DNA of 64,000 nucleotides from Tannerellaceae bacterium (GCA_031255855.1 JAIRRS010000002.1:227-64226); one strand, 5' to 3'. Numbered from the stretch's first letter, positions 9,594-19,736 are shown. The notes: generated by a model not told the origin, from the letters alone. Numbers and translations: made by a program.

Positions 9594-11033
9594 TTATTCC
9601 GAATATGTCAATTTACCGATACCGCCAATTTGGGTAGCTTCAACGGTAAGCCCCTTTGTCGCAACCGCTGTCGCGGGGTTTATGCAATAAACGGCCGGTT
9701 GTGAATTTTCAATGGAAACGGCCACATACGCAATCCCGTTTTCAACATACGGTGTATTCCCAAATCCGGTAATACCTGAAGGCATGCCTGTAACATACGT
9801 CAGCTTCTTGTCTTCTCCTTTGTACACTGCCAACTGATTAGCCGTGTAACCTGTTTCTGTCAATGGCCTGTCATACATCAACAACAGAAAGTAATCTTCG
9901 CCTATATGCCAACTGCGAACAAATGATTTACCGCCTGACTGGTCTTCGATATTGCAATAATAGCTTTCGTCAAATTCTTCTGTCCCGGCTTTGATACGTG
10001 CTACTCCGGCAGGCAACTTGGTTTTCTGCACATCAGCAGTCATTACTTTTGCATAGCTGGGTGAAAACACATAAACATCGCCATTATCAGCCGACCAAAT
10101 CATCTGGTAATATTGTGACCGGCTACGTCCGGCGGGATAACTGATTTTGTCTGTTTTGATCAACTTGGGGTTTTGGAAGCTATCATTGCTATAAATAGCC
10201 ACCCACGCCTCGTCAGGATATTGTGTCCATTGCAATTCACCTTCTACATAGGTTCCACTACCTGTTCCGCCCGACTCTGTTTTTACCAATTCCGGATATT
10301 TTATAAATTTGCCCCCTTCCGCTTTTACGCCATATTGACTCAATCCCATTGGAATAACTCCTGAATAAATATTATTATTCACTTGCAGGATACCTGCCAA
10401 GGTAACAAATTCGCCATTACCCAAATAATTCTCGGCCGTGATTTCCTCGCTTTTACTATCATCATGCGACTCCTTGTCTACATCCAAATAAGAAAAGAGG
10501 AACCCTTTCGGCAAATAACCATTCTCGTCGGCATGTCCTTTTCCCATATCTCCGGTAGACGATGTGATAATATATTTGTTATAAATGCCATAAGAAGTAA
10601 ACCGCCGGATATCATATGTATAGTCACGTTCTTTAATTTTACCTTCCGCGTCAAGAATGTAAGATGAACTTACGCCCGCATTGCCTTGATTATATACCAA
10701 ACGATACAAATATTTGTTTTCGTAGAATATCCAGTAGGTTCCGCTTTCGGTGGTAAGACCGTTATTCGCAGCCGTAACAGAGCCTTCTCCCAATGTGTCG
10801 GCAGCCAGCAGATAATTGGCTTCGTTTACTACAGCAGCCACCACATAGGTATCTATTACTTTTGTTTCGTCGCCATTCTCATTTCCGTTCCCGTTATTAT
10901 TCCCATTATTATTCCCATTATTGTCATCTCCCTTTTTAACAGGATCGTCGTCACCGCAAGAAGTAAATACACAACATGCCAGCATCATCGCGGCAAAAGC
11001 AGTCATTAAATAATTCTTTTTCATGCACTTCAA
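9594..11033 (-). CDS. Surface lipoprotein downstream of a TonB-dependent receptor (DUF4374/XusB-like suspected)
   Basis: It has a lipoprotein signal (…VFTSC|GDDD) and a low-complexity D/N/G linker. Its size (~479 aa) and position immediately after the TBDR match the XusA-XusB arrangement. The family call rests on context and memory only. Confidence 0.6.
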   Translation of the reverse strand: MKCMKKNYLMTAFAAMMLACCVFTSCGDDDPVKKGDDNNGNNNGNNNGNGNENGDETKVIDTYVVAAVVNEANYLLAADTLGEGSVTAANNGLTTESGTYWIFYENKYLYRLVYNQGNAGVSSSYILDAEGKIKERDYTYDIRRFTSYGIYNKYIITSSTGDMGKGHADENGYLPKGFLFSYLDVDKESHDDSKSEEITAENYLGNGEFVTLAGILQVNNNIYSGVIPMGLSQYGVKAEGGKFIKYPELVKTESGGTGSGTYVEGELQWTQYPDEAWVAIYSNDSFQNPKLIKTDKISYPAGRSRSQYYQMIWSADNGDVYVFSPSYAKVMTADVQKTKLPAGVARIKAGTEEFDESYYCNIEDQSGGKSFVRSWHIGEDYFLLLMYDRPLTETGYTANQLAVYKGEDKKLTYVTGMPSGITGFGNTPYVENGIAYVAVSIENSQPAVYCINPATAVATKGLTVEATQIGGIGKLTYSE

Positions 11034-11081
11034 ATTATTATGTTTATATAAATTATTGATATAAAAGAAATAAATTTCATA

Positions 11082-13481
11082 TTAGTTCCCGAAACAAACT
11101 CTCACCTTCCCGTAAAAAGCCCTGCCTGCTTTCTGTAAGCTGAAGTTGTCGTACAGTTGTTCACCGGTAAAGTTCCTACATTCAAAGGACAGGTTGTAAC
11201 GTCCGTTTTGCAACGCATACGAAACGATGAGGTTATGTGAAAATTGGCTGGGCACCACAAATTTCGATTCGCTTCCCAATGCCTCTGAATAAAGCGGAAA
11301 ACTATGCATATAGAGGTTGTCGTATGTAAACGTCAGCACATTGCCTTTCTTCCACAAATCGCGCCAGTAAAAGGTAATGTCGGAATTGGCAAACCGGTAG
11401 GGAAGGTTCGGCATACGGGCGCCGTACGTCAGGCTTTCTTGACTTGTATTGCCACCCACCGTTCTCACATTATCGCGAACATCCATCTGGGTATAATTTC
11501 CACCTACACTTACCCAATGAAAGAAACCGTACCGGACGGAAATATTATATCCTTTGGTTTTTACCTTACCATGATTTTCATACGCCGCCCCAGACTTGCC
11601 GCCGCTTAGGTCTACCAGTTTACGCCGGATATAATCTTTTGTATGCCGGTAAACCACTCCACCTTCGACATACAAGGTATGTTTACCAAACATCTCGTTA
11701 TAACTTAAATTGACGTTTACATTATCACTATTTTCGGGCTTTATCGCCAAGTCTCCTGTTTCGAGGTCTTCGTCGCCGAACATTTCTTCATTGGTAGGTA
11801 AACGGTATGCCTTTTCATAAGAAAGCTTTGCCTGCAAGCCTTTGATAACAAAATAAGTCCCTGCCGCGCCATAACCCATAGCGCTGACAGAGTTGGCGGT
11901 TCGTACAAATTTGTCCTGTGCAGATGATGTGGCAACAGGGCCTGCAATAAACTGGTTGTAATATTTCCCGAAAGCAGAGAAATTCCAGTTTTCCGAGGGC
12001 ATCAGGCGGTAAGAAAGCCCACTGATATTTTTGCGGGTCACCTTCGCGATAGCGTCGTTACCCGAATTTTCATTCAACAACGACCGGTTGGAACGGCTGA
12101 AATCATTCAACACATGATTGAAGGTAAACAGATGTGCCCCGCCCAGGCGATAATTCGTTGTAAATGTCCCGTTCCAATTGTCATTGTCCGAACGGGTATG
12201 CTGATACGACTGTTCACCGGGCATCCGGAGGCGGCGCATTTCGCCACGCCAATTGTATTCATACGTGGAAGTATCCACATTATGCGTTATGTTATTATTG
12301 TAATTGGCAGTCAATGAGACTTCCAGTCCTTTGGTAAACAGGTCTTGCCTGCGGTATTCCAACGACGGCATAAACGAATAACCCTCACGATATTTTGCAC
12401 CGAATACCACTTCTTGGCGTACTCCGGTTTGTATGTCTTTATACATGTTGGAATAGGTAAACCCCAGCATCAGCCGGTCGGCCCACTTTTTATTGACAAA
12501 CCCTATTTTAGCAACAACCGCCTCATTGTGATACGTGTCATGGAAACGTTTCACGTGTTCAATCTTATTTTTATTAATTGCTCCTGTTTGGAAATCCTTT
12601 ACAGGGGTATTTACATAATAATCGTTATCCGAATAGTTCTGGAAGGCATTGATTTCGTAAGTCAAGCCATTCTCGAATGTCTGCCCGAAATTTACATACG
12701 ACCGGTGTGTATTGAACGAACCATACGAATATGAAGCATCAAGAAACCATCTGTCAGGGCTTTTCTTTGTGATAATATTGATGACGCCACCGATGGCATC
12801 CGTCCCGAAACCGACGGGGACTACCCCTTTGTATACTTCGATACGTTCCGCATAATTGACCGGTATATTGTTCAACCCGAATGAACTACCTACACCTTCC
12901 TGCGGCACGCCATCAATAAATATTTTGATATGCTTGCCGCTAAACCCATCCATCATCAACTGCATATCGGAGCCAACACCACCGGATTCACGGAGTTTCA
13001 TTCCCGGCGCTTGCGCGAGCGCCTGGCTTAAGTTTTGCGTAGAGTTCTGAAGGGTCTTTGTATCGATGGCAATGGCATTATAGGCCGAACGTTTCAAGCG
13101 GCTTACGCCGTTCGAAACAACTACCACTTCATCCAGTTCTTCCGCTTGTGGAGAGATTGTAAGATTTTGCCTGACCCGTTCTCCGCCAACAAGGTTCACC
13201 TGTTTTTCAACTGTTTTGTAGCCAATAGCAGACACAACCAATGTGTAATCTCCTGCCGGAGCTTTCAGATAGTACATACCGTCATGGTTTGTTGCGCCAC
13301 CATGATTAGTACCTTTTAAATAGACCGTTGCAAAATCAACTAGTTCTTTTTCCGTAGACAGTATTTTACCGAAAATCACGGCTTCCCCATCTCCTCTCCC
13401 ACCTCTGCCTTGGGCCAACACACTAATAGAAAAAGAAAACAAAATAATTATCAGAGGTATATTACATTTAGTAGCTTCCAA
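11082..13481 (-). CDS. TonB-dependent receptor (CarboxypepD_reg + plug + 22-strand barrel), siderophore-type context
   Basis: The 799-aa protein has a signal peptide and the CarboxypepD_reg segment (FGKILS…YLKAPAGDYTLVVSAIGYKT). Plug motifs (DGVPQ, YKGVVPVGFGTDAIGGVINIITK) and a long beta-rich C-terminus follow. Confidence 0.9.
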   Translation of the reverse strand: MEATKCNIPLIIILFSFSISVLAQGRGGRGDGEAVIFGKILSTEKELVDFATVYLKGTNHGGATNHDGMYYLKAPAGDYTLVVSAIGYKTVEKQVNLVGGERVRQNLTISPQAEELDEVVVVSNGVSRLKRSAYNAIAIDTKTLQNSTQNLSQALAQAPGMKLRESGGVGSDMQLMMDGFSGKHIKIFIDGVPQEGVGSSFGLNNIPVNYAERIEVYKGVVPVGFGTDAIGGVINIITKKSPDRWFLDASYSYGSFNTHRSYVNFGQTFENGLTYEINAFQNYSDNDYYVNTPVKDFQTGAINKNKIEHVKRFHDTYHNEAVVAKIGFVNKKWADRLMLGFTYSNMYKDIQTGVRQEVVFGAKYREGYSFMPSLEYRRQDLFTKGLEVSLTANYNNNITHNVDTSTYEYNWRGEMRRLRMPGEQSYQHTRSDNDNWNGTFTTNYRLGGAHLFTFNHVLNDFSRSNRSLLNENSGNDAIAKVTRKNISGLSYRLMPSENWNFSAFGKYYNQFIAGPVATSSAQDKFVRTANSVSAMGYGAAGTYFVIKGLQAKLSYEKAYRLPTNEEMFGDEDLETGDLAIKPENSDNVNVNLSYNEMFGKHTLYVEGGVVYRHTKDYIRRKLVDLSGGKSGAAYENHGKVKTKGYNISVRYGFFHWVSVGGNYTQMDVRDNVRTVGGNTSQESLTYGARMPNLPYRFANSDITFYWRDLWKKGNVLTFTYDNLYMHSFPLYSEALGSESKFVVPSQFSHNLIVSYALQNGRYNLSFECRNFTGEQLYDNFSLQKAGRAFYGKVRVCFGN

Positions 13482-13599
13482 TGTATAACACGTTTATGTA
13501 GTTCAAACGCTGCAAAGTTCTCCATAAAGCGATAACAAATCAATCGCAACAAATAGGTAAAACAACACTACATAAACTCCTGATAATAACTATTTGTAG

Positions 13600-13661
13600 G
13601 TAGTAATAACGATAAACGGCGAATGGTCAATATCATTAAAATCAACCATTCACCGTTTATC
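13600..13661 (-). terminator. Probable clpB terminator hairpin (also overlaps the promoter region of the TBDR operon)
   Basis: The 17-bp arms are 13611-13627 and 13645-13661. The single mismatch is C·A on the plus strand but a G·U wobble in a minus-strand RNA. On the minus strand the hairpin is followed by GUUAUUACU. It lies 23 nt after the clpB stop. Confidence 0.45.
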
Positions 13662-13683
13662 ATTTATCGTTTTTTTTTGTTAC

Positions 13684-16275
13684 TTACTGGTTTTTAAAGA
13701 AGACATGATTGTCTACCGCATCGATGGTAATCGGTTTACTTTTGTCTATCTTCCCCCTGAGTATCTCTTTGGAAAGTTCGTTTAAAACATATTTTTGTAT
13801 CACACGTTTTACCGGACGGGCTCCGAACTGCGGGTCGTATCCTTCTTCAGAGATGAATTGGAGGGCATCATTTGTGAAGTCAAGCGTAATGCCGTTTTGT
13901 TCCAGCATTTTTTTGATCCCATCTAATTGCAATACAACTATTTTTCTGATTTCCTGCTCATTCAATGGAGTGAACATTATTATTTCATCTATACGATTCA
14001 GGAACTCCGGACGAATGGTTTTCTTCAGCAAATCCATCACTTCGTTTTTAGTCTGCGCCATTACCTTTTCGTGATTTTGGGGAGTAATCCTTTCAAAACT
14101 TTCCCGTATTAAAGACGAGCCCATATTACTAGTCATGATGATAATTGTATTCTTGAAGTTTACAACGCGCCCTTTGTTATCTGTCAGGCGACCATCGTCT
14201 AAGACCTGCAACAGAATGTTGAACACGTCGGGATGTGCCTTTTCTATTTCGTCGAACAAGACAACCGAATAAGGCTTCCGGCGAATCGCTTCTGTTAATT
14301 GCCCTCCTTCGTCATATCCTACATATCCCGGAGGCGCACCAATTAGGCGAGTTGCGCTGAATTTTTCCTGATATTCACTCATATCAATACGTGTCATCAT
14401 ATTTTCGTCGTCAAACAAATATTCAGCCAATGCTTTGGCAAGTTCTGTTTTACCAACTCCCGTAGTTCCCAGGAATATAAACGATCCTACCGGGCGTTTG
14501 GGGTCTTGCATACCGGCGCGGCTACGCCGAACAGCATCAGCTACAGCCGCAATGGCTTCCTCCTGCCCTATTACCCGTTTATGTAACTCATCTTCCAATT
14601 GCAAAAGTTTTTCTTTTTCACTCTGCATCATTTTATTGACAGGAATGCCCGTCCAACGAGAAACGATATCGGCAATATCTTCGCCATCCACCTCTTCCTT
14701 AATCATAGCCGAAGCTCCCTGCATCTGGTGCAATTGGGATTGTATGGATTCATTTTCCTCTTCCTTAGCCTTGATTTTACCATATCGTATTTCGGCCACT
14801 TTACCATAATCACCTTCGCGTTCGGCTTTATCGGCTTCAAATTTTAGGTTTTCGATATCTATCTTGTTTTGCTGGATTTTATTAACAAGTTCACGTTCGC
14901 TTTCCCATTGAGCCTTTTGTTTCTTTTCTTCTTCTTTCATGTCGGCAATATCTTTGTCCAGATATTCCAGTTTAGCGTCATCCCCTTCCCGTTTGATCGC
15001 TTCGCGTTCTATCTCCAATTGTTTGATACGGCGGCTTATTTCATCTAATGACTCAGGTACGGAATCTACCTGGATGCGTAAACGGGCAGCCGCTTCGTCC
15101 ATGAGGTCGATGGCTTTATCCGGCAAAAAACGGTCGGTAATATATCGGGAAGATAATTTTACAGCCGAGATGATAGCGTCGTCCTTAATACGGACTTTAT
15201 GATGATTTTCGTACTTTTCCTTCAATCCGCGAAGGATAGAAATAGAATCCAATTCATCCGGTTCATCCACCACTACCACTTGGAAACGACGTTCCAGGGC
15301 TTTATCTTTTTCGAAATATTTTTGATATTCATCTAATGTAGTAGCTCCTATCGAACGTAATTCACCACGGGCTAAGGCGGGTTTGAGGATATTGGCGGCA
15401 TCCATCGCGCCTTCGCTTTTTCCGGCTCCCACCAACGTGTGGATTTCGTCAATAAACAGGATGATTTCGCCATCCGATTTAATAACTTCGTTTACTACGG
15501 CTTTCAAACGCTCTTCAAACTCGCCTTTATATTTGGCTCCGGCAATCAAAGCCCCCATATCCAAAGAAAAGATTTGTTTCGATTTGAGATTTTCCGGCAC
15601 ATCACCCCTTACGATGCGGTGAGCCAATCCTTCGGCAATGGCTGTTTTACCCACCCCCGGTTCACCAATAAGAATCGGATTGTTCTTCGTACGACGGCTC
15701 AATATCTGAAGCACACGGCGAATCTCATCGTCACGTCCGATAACCGGGTCGAGTTTTCCGCTTCGCGCACGATCATTTAAATTAACCGCATATTTACCCA
15801 ATGCATCATATGTTTCTTCTGCCGACTGGCTGGTCACCTTGTTCCCTTTCCTGAGCTCTTCAATCGCTATACGCAACTCTTTTTCGTTCACGCCGGCATC
15901 TTTCAGCATTTGTGAAGCCGTGCTTTTTTCCGTTAATATGGCAAGGATTATATGCTCAAGAGATACATACTGGTCGTCCATCTTCCCGCAATAATCAATG
16001 GCCTTCTGCAAGACCGCATTTGTTTCTTTGGAAAGGTAAGGTTCACCTCCTGACACCTTGGGATAAGAGTCTATCTGACTATCCAAAGCCTTCTGTAGAT
16101 TTTGGATACTCACACCCAATTTCTGAAAAAGAAAGTTGGCAACACTCTCTCCTGTCACAATGACACCCTTCAACAAGTGAACAACTTCCATGACCTGTTG
16201 GCTCTTTTGTGAAACCAACTGCACAGCCTGTTGAACGGCCTCTTGTGATTTGATTGTAAAATTATTCAGATTCAT
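13684..16275 (-). CDS. clpB: ClpB disaggregase (two-AAA Hsp104/ClpB chaperone)
   Basis: It has a Clp_N start ([15 protein letters not shown]), NBD1 [10 protein letters not shown], a long coiled-coil middle domain, NBD2 [12 protein letters not shown] and [10 protein letters not shown] chose the ATG at 16275; the ORF-track extension to 16338 adds 21 non-conserved residues. Confidence 0.95.
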   Translation of the reverse strand: MNLNNFTIKSQEAVQQAVQLVSQKSQQVMEVVHLLKGVIVTGESVANFLFQKLGVSIQNLQKALDSQIDSYPKVSGGEPYLSKETNAVLQKAIDYCGKMDDQYVSLEHIILAILTEKSTASQMLKDAGVNEKELRIAIEELRKGNKVTSQSAEETYDALGKYAVNLNDRARSGKLDPVIGRDDEIRRVLQILSRRTKNNPILIGEPGVGKTAIAEGLAHRIVRGDVPENLKSKQIFSLDMGALIAGAKYKGEFEERLKAVVNEVIKSDGEIILFIDEIHTLVGAGKSEGAMDAANILKPALARGELRSIGATTLDEYQKYFEKDKALERRFQVVVVDEPDELDSISILRGLKEKYENHHKVRIKDDAIISAVKLSSRYITDRFLPDKAIDLMDEAAARLRIQVDSVPESLDEISRRIKQLEIEREAIKREGDDAKLEYLDKDIADMKEEEKKQKAQWESERELVNKIQQNKIDIENLKFEADKAEREGDYGKVAEIRYGKIKAKEEENESIQSQLHQMQGASAMIKEEVDGEDIADIVSRWTGIPVNKMMQSEKEKLLQLEDELHKRVIGQEEAIAAVADAVRRSRAGMQDPKRPVGSFIFLGTTGVGKTELAKALAEYLFDDENMMTRIDMSEYQEKFSATRLIGAPPGYVGYDEGGQLTEAIRRKPYSVVLFDEIEKAHPDVFNILLQVLDDGRLTDNKGRVVNFKNTIIIMTSNMGSSLIRESFERITPQNHEKVMAQTKNEVMDLLKKTIRPEFLNRIDEIIMFTPLNEQEIRKIVVLQLDGIKKMLEQNGITLDFTNDALQFISEEGYDPQFGARPVKRVIQKYVLNELSKEILRGKIDKSKPITIDAVDNHVFFKNQ

Positions 16276-16400
16276 ATATTTAATGTTATATTGTTTCTTT
16301 TTGTCAAGTTCTTTTTTTACTCTAATTCTGCAAAACAAATGCCAAAAGACAATACTGTCAATTTGACTTATCAGAATCTATTTCGATCAACAATAAAACA

Positions 16401-19400
16401 TTACCGATATTTCAGAATCTCTTCTATTTCATCTCTGTCCAATTTGTTTTTTTCTTTCAAGCGGTTTACTAAACGAGTGATTGCCGGTTGAGCCTTTTTT
16501 ATGATTTGGATGGTTTGTTCCAGTTCGTCTTGGAGGATTATTGAGATCCGGCCGGCTATTTTTTCGGCTAACGGGCCTTGGGTGGCTTCTTTTTTGGTCA
16601 GTATTATCAAGCCGGATTCTTCGTCCATTCCATAAGAGCAAATCATCATGCGAACCAAATGGTTGGCCTTTTGTAAATCATCGGAACAGCCTGTTGATAA
16701 GCCCTCTTTGCTACCATAGTATACCATCTCGGCAGCCCTTCCGGCTAAAAATATCCGAACACGTTTTAATAATTCATCTTTTGTTTTAAGCGTAAATATA
16801 GTTTCCTCCCTGTTTTCTTCCGTGTATCCGCCATGATTGTTCCTGGCTACTACCGTAAGGTATGAAGGGGAGCTACCGGCCAGATAGGCCATATACGCAT
16901 GTCCGGCTTCGTGCCATGCTACACGTTCGGTATGTTCCATTTCCACATCTTTCTTTGCCCCGTGTGATATAAGTTCAAAGGCTTCTTCGAGTTGATCATC
17001 GTCAAGCGGTTTTTCATTGTTTGAGGCAATTATCCAACCTTTCTTCATCACCATATCCAGATCTGCAATCGTAAATCCAAATGAACGTTCCGACAAACGT
17101 TCAAGCATATGGTCTGTAACTTGGTCATTCACCTGAAGTTTCGATTTTAAGTAATCAAACCGGTTTCTCTTATTCGGAAGACCTACAAGAATTTTCCTGT
17201 CGAAACGCCTGATTAAAGCCGGATCGAGTACATTTACGCTATCATTGCTTTCAGCCACATTGAAATTGGTAGCAGCCAACACAAATACAGGGCGTTTTAT
17301 ATCCGTTGAAAATCCATCCATTTCGGAAAGTAAGGCATTCAATGTCATCTCTTCGGCGTGGGCAGAACCATAGTTGCCTCTTGTCCTTCCTATGGCATCA
17401 ATTTCGTCGATAAATATAATAGCTGGGGCATACCGGCGTGCCCTTTTAAACAACGCCCGGATTGCTTCCGGTCCGCTTCCCTGATATTGTGTAACAAAGC
17501 TGCTAGCCGTTACATGAATAAACGCGGCATCCGATTCGCCGGCCATTGCTTTGGCAAGCAATGTTTTTCCGGTTCCGGGAGGGCCGTATAACAAAACACC
17601 CTTAGGCAGCCGGATACCGGATATCAGGCTTTTTTGCGGTTTCATTAACAGTTCGAGAAAAAATCGTAATTCTTCCTTTGCTTCCTCAGCGCCAAAAACA
17701 TCATTAAACCGTACTTTGGGCTTTATTACCTGGTCTAACACTTCACGGGTATCCCCGGCTGCCAACGCGCGATGTAAAGACAATTCACGTATGCGTATTG
17801 TAATTTCTTTTTTATCATCCGACAATTTAGGAGCTGTCTCAAATGAAAGCACTTTATGTTGTGCAGCCATTTTAGTAGCCATGTCCTGCAAATAAACCCG
17901 TGAACAAATGTGTTGTATTTGCTCGTTAAAGCTACAAAAACTGTCTTCAGGCCAAATCAATTTATCCCGTACGCCTGCACGAATAAAAGAGGCCAATAAT
18001 TCCTTCTCAATTATCAATTGGTCTTTACCTAACAGGTATACGGGCATTTCCGGCAGGTTATCATGTAATTTCTTCAAGAACCTCCGGCAGGTTTTCAATG
18101 CATTTGCCGTAATAATCACCGGGCCTGACAAACCAATCGTCCCCTCATCATATTCTTTTTCTACCAAAAGTTCAAGCAGGACAAAGCTGATGTTCCTATT
18201 TTCAATAATTTTCAATGCCTCATTGTCATCTTGCTCATGATGGATGATAACGCCGTCTGATTTTGCCTTTAATACTCCGGCAGACAAGATGTTCCCCAAA
18301 AATAATATTTCAGGCGTCTCCGGATTTTCGAACAATGTCTTCACTTCAGGATGTATCGGATCTTTTGCCACTTCAAAACGGATTTTCTCCAGTTTTTTCA
18401 GATTTGTCACTGCACGATCTTCCCAATGCCTGTATAATTCAAAGATCTCTTTTTTCAGGAATTGTTCGGTTTGTGCCCGCAATGCGCGGGCATCTGTCTG
18501 TCCTCCTTCGGCAAAAATCAGGATAGGAGCAAGCAAACCATCCTCTGTAATTTCAATCTTATATTGCTTCTTGAATAAATCGGCGAAACGCTTAAATTCT
18601 CCTACACTTACCTGCTCTAAATCGTAAACTTGCAGATGGTTGAACATCATAAGATAACCGGTAGCCAAACGCGAACAAATCGCAGCCGGAAAAAAAGGTT
18701 TGTTTGTTTGAGGATTGATATCTGTTTCCAACGCATTCAGGATCGTTTGCCGGGGTAGCCCGGCCGTATTCAGCCTATATTCTCCTTCATAGAGTTGCTT
18801 TCCCGCATTTGTTGTGAATATAATAATCGTATCTTTAAAGGAAACTTTATTATCCAGAAAATCATCCTGCAATGATCCGGCATCCAGGATTTGCAGGAAT
18901 AGTTGTATCGTGTTTAAATGCGCTTTTTCAACTTCGTCAAAAAACAAAATACAATGTGGATTCTGTTTTACAAATCCGGTGAGTTGCCCTACTTGCCCAG
19001 TGTGTTTAAAACCTATCAACCCTAGATGTGCCTGATGGTCGGAAAAGCTACTCATATCAAAACGTTTATAGGGTATGTTCAACGTTCGCGAACCTTGTTC
19101 GGCCAAGAATGTTTTTCCCACGCCCGGAGGGCCTGCAAACACAAATATTCCCCGGGGACGGTTTTGCTCCCGTCCGGTTGCCGCCAATACTTCCGAATTA
19201 AAGATTCCCTCAGCAAAAGCATGTACAACATGATTCTGCCCATACACTTGTCTGAGTAAGGATTCCCTTAAACTCCGGATACGTTTTGTAAGCAACACCA
19301 AAAAAAAACGTCCCAAATCAAATGTGTTTTTCAAAATAGGCGTAGGTTCATACAATAATATCGACAAAACGTTGATTGCCGTTGTCATGTTATCCTCCGA

Positions 19401-19730
19401 GTATTGCCTTGCCTTATGCAACAACCGCTCAACTGCCCGGAAACCCTCTATGGAATCTTTCTCGATAGACAAAGCATTCCTCAATTTCAATCGTCCTTTT
19501 CCCGGATTAATCTCCATGTCCCGTAATAGATCCGATACTTGTTTGATTTCTTCATTCGTTTGCTTTGCATACCGTGAATTAGGCATCGCACTCTCTGCCG
19601 TGACTTCCGCCAGTTTGAGTAATCCTAAAAAGATATGTTCGGGAGAAATGTCTTCAACGCCTAATGCTTCCATTTCACATTCGGCTCGCTTAAGGACAAA
19701 TTCCATTGCCCGGCTCAATTCTTGTCCCAT
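16401..19730 (-). CDS. Membrane-less multi-domain AAA protease: Clp_N – ClpB-D2-like AAA – receiver-like domain – FtsH-type AAA – M41 zinc peptidase
   Basis: Residues 1-140 are Clp_N-like repeats (ISPEHIFLGLL; AINVLSILL). Residues ~155-375 are AAA_2 (VYGQNHVV, GPPGVGKTF, ILFFDEVEKAH, IIIFTTN). Residues ~473-595 are REC-like. Residues ~675-865 are the FtsH AAA (LLYGPPGTGKTLLAKA, IIFIDEIDAIG, LDPALIRRFDRK). Residues ~930-1100 are M41, with HEAGH at 16899-16913 and SDDLQKA. No hydrophobic TM segment is seen anywhere. Confidence 0.85.
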   Translation of the reverse strand: MGQELSRAMEFVLKRAECEMEALGVEDISPEHIFLGLLKLAEVTAESAMPNSRYAKQTNEEIKQVSDLLRDMEINPGKGRLKLRNALSIEKDSIEGFRAVERLLHKARQYSEDNMTTAINVLSILLYEPTPILKNTFDLGRFFLVLLTKRIRSLRESLLRQVYGQNHVVHAFAEGIFNSEVLAATGREQNRPRGIFVFAGPPGVGKTFLAEQGSRTLNIPYKRFDMSSFSDHQAHLGLIGFKHTGQVGQLTGFVKQNPHCILFFDEVEKAHLNTIQLFLQILDAGSLQDDFLDNKVSFKDTIIIFTTNAGKQLYEGEYRLNTAGLPRQTILNALETDINPQTNKPFFPAAICSRLATGYLMMFNHLQVYDLEQVSVGEFKRFADLFKKQYKIEITEDGLLAPILIFAEGGQTDARALRAQTEQFLKKEIFELYRHWEDRAVTNLKKLEKIRFEVAKDPIHPEVKTLFENPETPEILFLGNILSAGVLKAKSDGVIIHHEQDDNEALKIIENRNISFVLLELLVEKEYDEGTIGLSGPVIITANALKTCRRFLKKLHDNLPEMPVYLLGKDQLIIEKELLASFIRAGVRDKLIWPEDSFCSFNEQIQHICSRVYLQDMATKMAAQHKVLSFETAPKLSDDKKEITIRIRELSLHRALAAGDTREVLDQVIKPKVRFNDVFGAEEAKEELRFFLELLMKPQKSLISGIRLPKGVLLYGPPGTGKTLLAKAMAGESDAAFIHVTASSFVTQYQGSGPEAIRALFKRARRYAPAIIFIDEIDAIGRTRGNYGSAHAEEMTLNALLSEMDGFSTDIKRPVFVLAATNFNVAESNDSVNVLDPALIRRFDRKILVGLPNKRNRFDYLKSKLQVNDQVTDHMLERLSERSFGFTIADLDMVMKKGWIIASNNEKPLDDDQLEEAFELISHGAKKDVEMEHTERVAWHEAGHAYMAYLAGSSPSYLTVVARNNHGGYTEENREETIFTLKTKDELLKRVRIFLAGRAAEMVYYGSKEGLSTGCSDDLQKANHLVRMMICSYGMDEESGLIILTKKEATQGPLAEKIAGRISIILQDELEQTIQIIKKAQPAITRLVNRLKEKNKLDRDEIEEILKYR

Positions 19731-19736
19731 ACCGTA

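Noticed and set aside
16276-16338. An N-terminal 21-codon extension of clpB in the ORF track ([21 protein letters not shown]).
   Set aside because: ClpB proteins start at the Clp_N helix (MNLNNFT…). The extension is basic, non-conserved-looking sequence overlapping the likely promoter or leader.
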